This document shows, in pieces, positions 54,451 to 64,000 of a stretch of DNA of 64,000 bases. Made by a program: the position numbers and the translations under genes. The stretch comes from the human T2T-CHM13v2.0 reference genome, Homo sapiens: NCBI RefSeq assembly GCF_009914755.1, contig NC_060925.1. One strand, written 5' to 3'. The first letter of the stretch is position 1. Every line of letters begins with the position of its first letter. Under the pieces are notes generated by a model, which was given only the letters and a program-made list of their open reading frames with translations, did not search any database and was not told the DNA's origin.

Positions 54451-57407
54451 GAAACACAACCAAAGCCATTTCATTTGGCTGGGGGGTTGGGGAGTGGGGA
54501 GGAAAACAATCTTTATTTTACCCCATCTATTGAAGAGTATTATTACATTTGAAATAAAACTTCCATCAGTACAGATAACCACATGTGCAATGTTGGGATG
54601 TTATTTTGGGCTTGGCTTATCGAGTAGTCAATGGAAGGATTCCCGTCCCCTCTCTCGGCAGCTTAGTAACTGCTGTAGCCAGCTCGGCTCCCTTCCCTGT
54701 GTATCTGTGTCCTGCTAACAGCCAAGAGATGTTGCAAGGGAGGAAATGTGAGAGACCTTGAACCTGTCAGGTTTATTTGTTTTGTTTTTAAAGGCATGTT
54801 GAAGTTTAGTTCTTTACCCTTCTCCTAAAATCTTTTTTTAATCAGCCTCAAGGTTAAAATAAGGAGTGACTACAGTATGTAAAATAAGGAAAGGAAGCAT
54901 TAATGGTGTGATGTGACCTGCCTGTTTTTTTGTAAACAAGAGAATAGGAAATGTTTTCAAGGTAGTTTCACATGTCTTGCACCAAGCTCATGCCTCTTGC
55001 TTTTCCTTTTTGACTTTATCTCCCTCAGTTTTTCTTCTGCTGTGGCCAGAAAGACAGTCACTACAGTTGACTATTGATACAAAGGTGCAACAGAAATATT
55101 ATCCCTGCATTTTTAAATATAAGAAGTAGACATTAATTTTACCATGGTGCCTCCCTAATGTAAGTGATATTTATTGGTGGTTTTCAACAAAGGTTAACTA
55201 TTAAAGAAAGAAATATTTGTCTTTATCTTCCTTTTCCCCTTGCCTCAGTCGTGTTATTCACCCCTATTCTTGATATTTTAAAGGAGGAGATTCAGTAGCA
55301 TTTTCCTTTATATTATACACATGTGTCTATCCCATTTCAAGGCTCAAGTCTTACCCCCACCTCTCGCTCCCAATAGGAAATAAAGACCATTTCTGCCCTT
55401 AGTTGTTTTACATGCAAGATAAGTGCTTTCCTTCTCCCTGGACTGAAAGACTTGTTTGTATTTCTACATCTAGTACTTGGGAAATAGACAATCACTGTAC
55501 TTTGAGTGTTTATATCTTTATATCTAGGGACACTGAAAAGTAAATGTTGCTTTACTACAATTTTTTTTTAATTTAGTGTCTTACCCCAAGGCATACTCAA
55601 CTGATAATCTCCAGCTAGATGAGTAAAACAGTATGTGTTTAGTTTTCCAGAGAATTCTAGCAAGTTTCATATTTTCTTCCAAGTTAGTATAGAACTAACT
55701 ATAGGAAGTATGGGGTTGCTTTTTCCTCCAGTAGAATATTAAAGATGGGGGAGGGTGGGCAATGTAGTGACAGAAAATGATTCTCTCAGAATGAACTTTT
55801 CAGAGAAAGAGCAGCATAAACCAGGTGCACATCATGATTTGGGAGTTTTTGCGTAATTTATTCTGTTATTTATTTGGGCTCGCCATGTGTTCTGGGGTTA
55901 GGATGCTGCAGGTCATTCATCTTCTTAATGCCTGTCTGGTCTTAAGCCAACTGTTCTTTCTTTCCTCGACCCTCTCTGCCCTGTAGCTCTCCCCACAAAA
56001 ATGCATGATACCATGACCTTACGTGTGGGATGGGGTATGTAGTGTAGCAAAGAAAAGAAAGTATAGTTATATTGAGTCCTAAGACATTTGTTAGGGAAAA
56101 GCATAAGAGAAAATGGGGTGGGAGGTGGGGAAATGATATTTGACTTTCAAAATTGAAATAGGTTTTTTTTTTGCAGAAATTAAATGGGATGTTTTTCATT
56201 CTAGAATAAAAGAATGTGAATTCTCTTTGCTGCTCTTGTTTAAGCTAAAAGTAGTGTTTACTTGATAAGGCTCTCTGACCATTTAATTTTTATCAGAAAA
56301 TGTGGGGATGTCAGGAAAGTGGCTTCCTGAACGTTGGGGCGGGATAATTGTCCTCAAAAGTATGATGGTTAATACATGAAAGGAAGACTTTGTTGGACAG
56401 TTTCGAAGATGGGCTTTTAAGGAGTTGGGTTTTTGTGGGGTACTTTTTTGTTTTTTAAGCCACAAAATCCTCAATATGTTTGTTTTAGGATGGAAGTGAG
56501 GATTTGTATGAGACTGTCAGCTATTAATTTTAAGGAAATCTTAAAATTTACATTTACATCAGTAAATGAAGATGACAGTGTGTATATATGTGATAAATAG
56601 TGAAACAGAAAAGACAGTTCTGGTATTCATAACGTGAAAGAAAGGGGTTTTATTCTTTCTGTGTCTGTGATTTAAAACTCCGTGACCATGCTCTGACTTT
56701 TGTATTTCAACCTGAGTTTAAACAAATAAACAAGATATTTTTTAAAGAAAGCATAACATAGTCTTAGCAAGGACATGATTCATATGGAAGCAGAATGTGA
56801 GAAGTTGTAAGGTCCTTGGTACTCACTGTAAAATCACAGACAGAGAATTGGTAGGGGTTGTGAATACACTAGTACCACTTAAAGTTCAGTGATACAGTTC
56901 AGAAATAGGGTCCTTAAGTATTTTGAAAGAGTTTACTCTTCAGTCAGCTTAGATGAGAGCTCTCTCCCTGCTCCCCTCTACCCTCTCAAAAGTTGAGAGT
57001 AAATAGAATTTGGTTTGATTCCAGGGAGGGGAAAATAAGCAGAGAATAGGAGTTTTATACTTTCCAATACCAGGAATAAAATGTTTGTGATACATATGGG
57101 TCCAGCAAACCTATCGAGATAATGTGAATACGATAAACTTCCTAATGGCAGCATATTCACTCTCAATCCTGAAGTTACCGGTTCCTGCAGAATTGAGCTT
57201 CAGCTGTTACTGTTTTGAAGCCGCTGTAAATTACTGCTTTCCCCAGTTCCCCCACTATTTTTTTTAAGTGGGCGGGGGCGCCTGTTAAGATCTAAAATAG
57301 ATATGTTGGATTGATATTCTCACGTGTTCGGTGTGGAAAACAAAACAAGTACATGCTTTAGAAGCAACAACAATGAAATCCTTTTGAAATGTGTGTTAAT
57401 ATCGTTT

Positions 57408-57413
57408 AATAAA
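57408..57413 (+). terminator. Probable main polyadenylation signal AATAAA
   Basis: AATAAA followed by a U/GU-rich stretch (gtttgacatttttctttg). Confidence 0.65.
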
Positions 57414-57841
57414 ATAACTAGTTTGAAAGGTTTGACATTTTTCTTTGAGACGGGCTTGGACCAGGGGCCCCTGGCTTCCTAGTGAGTGCAAATAGGAGGG
57501 AACTTCTCAGGAGCTGAAACCGCTGCTTTGTGGAGCAGGCCTGTGGTTGGAAAACCTAAGTTTTCTCTAGCAAAGACCCAACCTGACTGTCCAGGGCCGA
57601 AGGTGAAACCAACTAGAGAATGCAGAAGGAAAAGCCTGGATATATCTCAGAAGATATGGTTGTATTGGCTTTTGGTCCAAGGGTATGGGGGTGGGAGTAG
57701 TGGTGTGTGCGCCCACACATTTCTCAGGCACACACAGAGATACCACAGACCACCCACTTCGTAACCACTTGCACTTTACTCTCTTCCAGACGTTCCTTTT
57801 TTTTTTAATCCCTTTGTCCCCATTATTTTGTTTTCCAGTTT

Positions 57842-57847
57842 AATAAA
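57842..57847 (+). terminator. Candidate distal polyadenylation signal
   Basis: AATAAA followed by GU-rich tttcctttgttgtgtggttgac. Confidence 0.4.
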
Positions 57848-59080
57848 GTATGGTTTCCTTTGTTGTGTGGTTGACTTTTCCCCTCCTGTTGATCTTTTCC
57901 AGATGTCCCCTTTGACTTCTGCACTTAATGTCACTGAAGGCAATCTGAGCCTCTTAAGATCTTTATGGCCTTGTGGGTTTTCTGTTTGATCCTTTGTGTA
58001 ATTGAATTTTGGAAAGGGATAATGGGTCGGGTGAGTTCTAGATGTTCAGGGAGTGGTTGGTGAAGTGGGATATACTGTATTAATAATTTTTTGTGCATGT
58101 CTTCAAAAGGTTGTGCAACTGTGAGCCAAGAAGCATTTTTAAAGCAAGCATAGAATTGGGGGTTTGGGGTGGTAGCAGGGATCCTTCTGGCCAATTATTT
58201 GCCCACATCTGCCCTTACTGCATATTGGCAATCTGTTGTGCAGAAGCCACACTTAACCCTTCTGTCTTACCCCATCCCTTGTTCATAACCCAGTGAGGCT
58301 GGGTTGGAATGCTGGCTGTAAGGGGTAAAGAGGGATAGTCACTGCATCTGGGCCAGGCCTGGGTCACTGGCAGGGTAGAAGGCTCTAAATAGCAGCCTTG
58401 CTTATGTGAAGGTACGTACATGTGTCACCAGACACTTAAATAGCAGTGGCCTGGGAACACACCCAGCAGGTAGGGTGTACCACTGTACTGGAATCTGGCT
58501 CACCCTTTTTTTCCTTGTCTCTTGGGACCTTGACTTGCCCACCTGATTTCTATATCTACCCCTAAAGAAGCAACAGCTTTGAGACTTCCCCATAAGGTTT
58601 TCTGGGCATGTTATTCATAATTTCCTCTGCCTAATTTTTTTTTTTAATGTAAGCCAATCTTGTGTAGCAGGGATGAGTTATTCCTTCATGTATGTAGACG
58701 TAGCAATGCAAACACAATCAGAATGGGTTTTGGGGTATTGGGGCGTTTCTCATACTTGTTTATGAGTAACTGTATGGACAAGTCCGGTCAGCTGCTGTTC
58801 ACAATTGCTAAGTAATAACTCACTGAGGCTGCATAGGCAAGGGTACGAGAGGGTCATCAGTAAGAGAGATATTGGCCCTTAAGTAAACATCCTGTTCTGT
58901 CTTCCCCATGTAGAAGGAAATAGAAGCACTCTAAAGCAAAGAAGCAAGTGCAGTGTAAAACTATCAGTTACTTTTAATTAATTGCTGGGGAAAGAAAGGA
59001 GAAGCCTTTGCTTAGTTACAAGTTTGAGGGGAAGAGGATAAGAAGGCCAACATCTATGTAAAAGTTGATCATTGCAGTTA

Positions 59081-59389
59081 CAGTCAACCCTCCTCGGTAT
59101 CCATGAAGGATACCAGGTTCCAGGACCCCCATGGATACCAAAATCCACAGATGCTCAAGTCCCCTACATACAATGGCATAGTATTTGCATATAACCTACA
59201 CACATCATCCAGTAAATTTTAAATCATCTCTAGATTACTAATACCTAATACAATGTGAGTGCTATGTACATAGTTGTATACAGTATGTTTTGAAATTTGT
59301 GTTACTTTTAATTTTTTTATTACCTTTTCCTGAATACTTTTGTGGTTGGTCGAATCCATAGATGCAGAACCCCCAGACAGAGCCAACTG
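59081..59389. mobile_element. MER2 (TcMar-Tigger MITE), complete
   Basis: TA|cagtcaaccctc...ggataccaaaatccacagatgctcaagtccc...gagccaactg|TA. Confidence 0.88.
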
Positions 59390-59524
59390 TACATTTCCTT
59401 TTTTAAATGTTACGTTTTTCTATCCTTTGTTCACACCTAGGGAAGAATCAAAAATTGAGAATACAGATATGGGTGGAGGGGCTAGTGAATTCTTCAGTGC
59501 CAACTGAGGAAACACAAATACAGA

Positions 59525-60248
<724 letters not shown>

Positions 60249-60526
60249 TTATTTTCGAGAATTACTCATATCCTTTGCCACATAATTTGTGGGAGAGGAG
60301 AGAAAAGGACTTGAAACTTGCTACATTTTTCTTGGGGTGTTTCAGTTGGAATGGGTAGAAAGGAGACCGACAGCATCCCTTTCCTCTGTTTCTCCCTCCT
60401 CCCTGGCTAACAGTCCTTTGCACCTACATGAGACAACACTGAAGATAGTCAATCATTGCCAGGGGCAATAGTGATTAGGAAATGATTTGAAATCTTTATT
60501 ATTTAGAAGTGAGCCTCAGTTGTATG

Positions 60527-60724
60527 CAGGTTGAGCATCCCAAATCCAAAGTCCAAAATCTGAGCACGAAAATGACACTCAAAGGAAATGCTCATTGGAG
60601 GATTTCGGATTTTCAGATTAGGGATGCTCAAGCAGTAAGTATAATGCAAATATTCCAAAATCTGAAAAGATTCAAAATCAGACACTTTTGGTCCCAAATA
60701 TTTCAAATAAGGATACTCAACCTG
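60527..60724. mobile_element. Tigger4a/Zombi MITE with both TIRs
   Basis: caggttgagcatcc ... ggatactcaacctg|ta. Confidence 0.88.
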
Positions 60725-61092
60725 TATTTCCTTCTACAGATGTTATCTAGGACCTTCTTTTAGAGTACTTTGTCCTTCCCTTTGTTTTTTACTTTAGCGT
60801 GGAACCTAAATGGACACATCCCTACCCTAGACTAGCTCCTGTGTTTGGCGGATCTCCTCTTTTTGCCCTGACCTGACATATCAGTTGTGTAAGAGCTGGG
60901 GTGGGAGTGTCTGCTTGTTTTTCTTCTACAGCCCCAAGAGATGTTCTGGGAAGGGAAATCTTAGTAGAGATTTTAGGTGAGCCCAAGGGTTTGTTTTCAA
61001 AGTCAAAGTTCAATTTATCCATGCCCCTGACAGAAAGCTTTTACCTCTTTACTCATTCAGCAAATGTGGCTGAACATTCTCTCCCATTGTGG

Positions 61093-63951
<2,859 letters not shown>

Positions 63952-64000
63952 AAATATACTTTCTACATCTTTAGTGCTTCTAAGAAGTAAGATAGATTTG

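Larger units (their letters stand above)
54190..57430 (+). other. RPRD2: RPRD2 3' UTR (approximate end)
   Basis: No recognisable interspersed repeat from the stop codon to AATAAA 57408-57413; length agrees with my recollection of a ~3.2 kb UTR. Confidence 0.75.

Noticed and set aside
54131-54718. 195-aa ORF with poly-Lys overlapping the stop codon
   Set aside because: Non-ATG start and low-complexity UTR sequence; the poly-Lys is just the A34 tract.

Overview
Primate (very probably human) genomic DNA holding the 3' part of RPRD2, an RNA Pol II CTD-interacting (CID-domain) protein, on the + strand. Nine coding exons splice GT-AG into one open frame of 1349 codons plus stop: 21771-21871, 22729-22806, 24082-24134, 25101-25227, 27079-27254, 38138-38420, 40910-41167, 45379-45579 and 51416-54189. 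From memory these are exons 3-11 of the 1461-aa isoform. A ~3.2 kb repeat-free 3' UTR follows. The rest is intron or intergenic DNA saturated with roughly 90 Alu/FLAM/FAM copies, plus old L1, MIR, L2, MaLR LTR and DNA transposons (Tigger1/3/4a, MER2, MER20, MER33, MER58A). Almost all ORF-track entries are Alu artefacts. Most notable observations: (1) a ~1.8 kb Alu-Alu inversion, shown by a flipped Tigger1 end and an inverted target-site duplication; (2) SILK and RVxW PP1-docking motifs in the RPRD2 disordered tail; (3) eleven [DE]H micro-repeats in the Pro-rich C-terminus; (4) a weak 78-nt cassette-like exon among RBFOX/QKI motifs; (5) a U-rich/C-rich/A34/G-rich module just after the stop codon. 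Repeat family names and boundaries were assigned by eye and are approximate.
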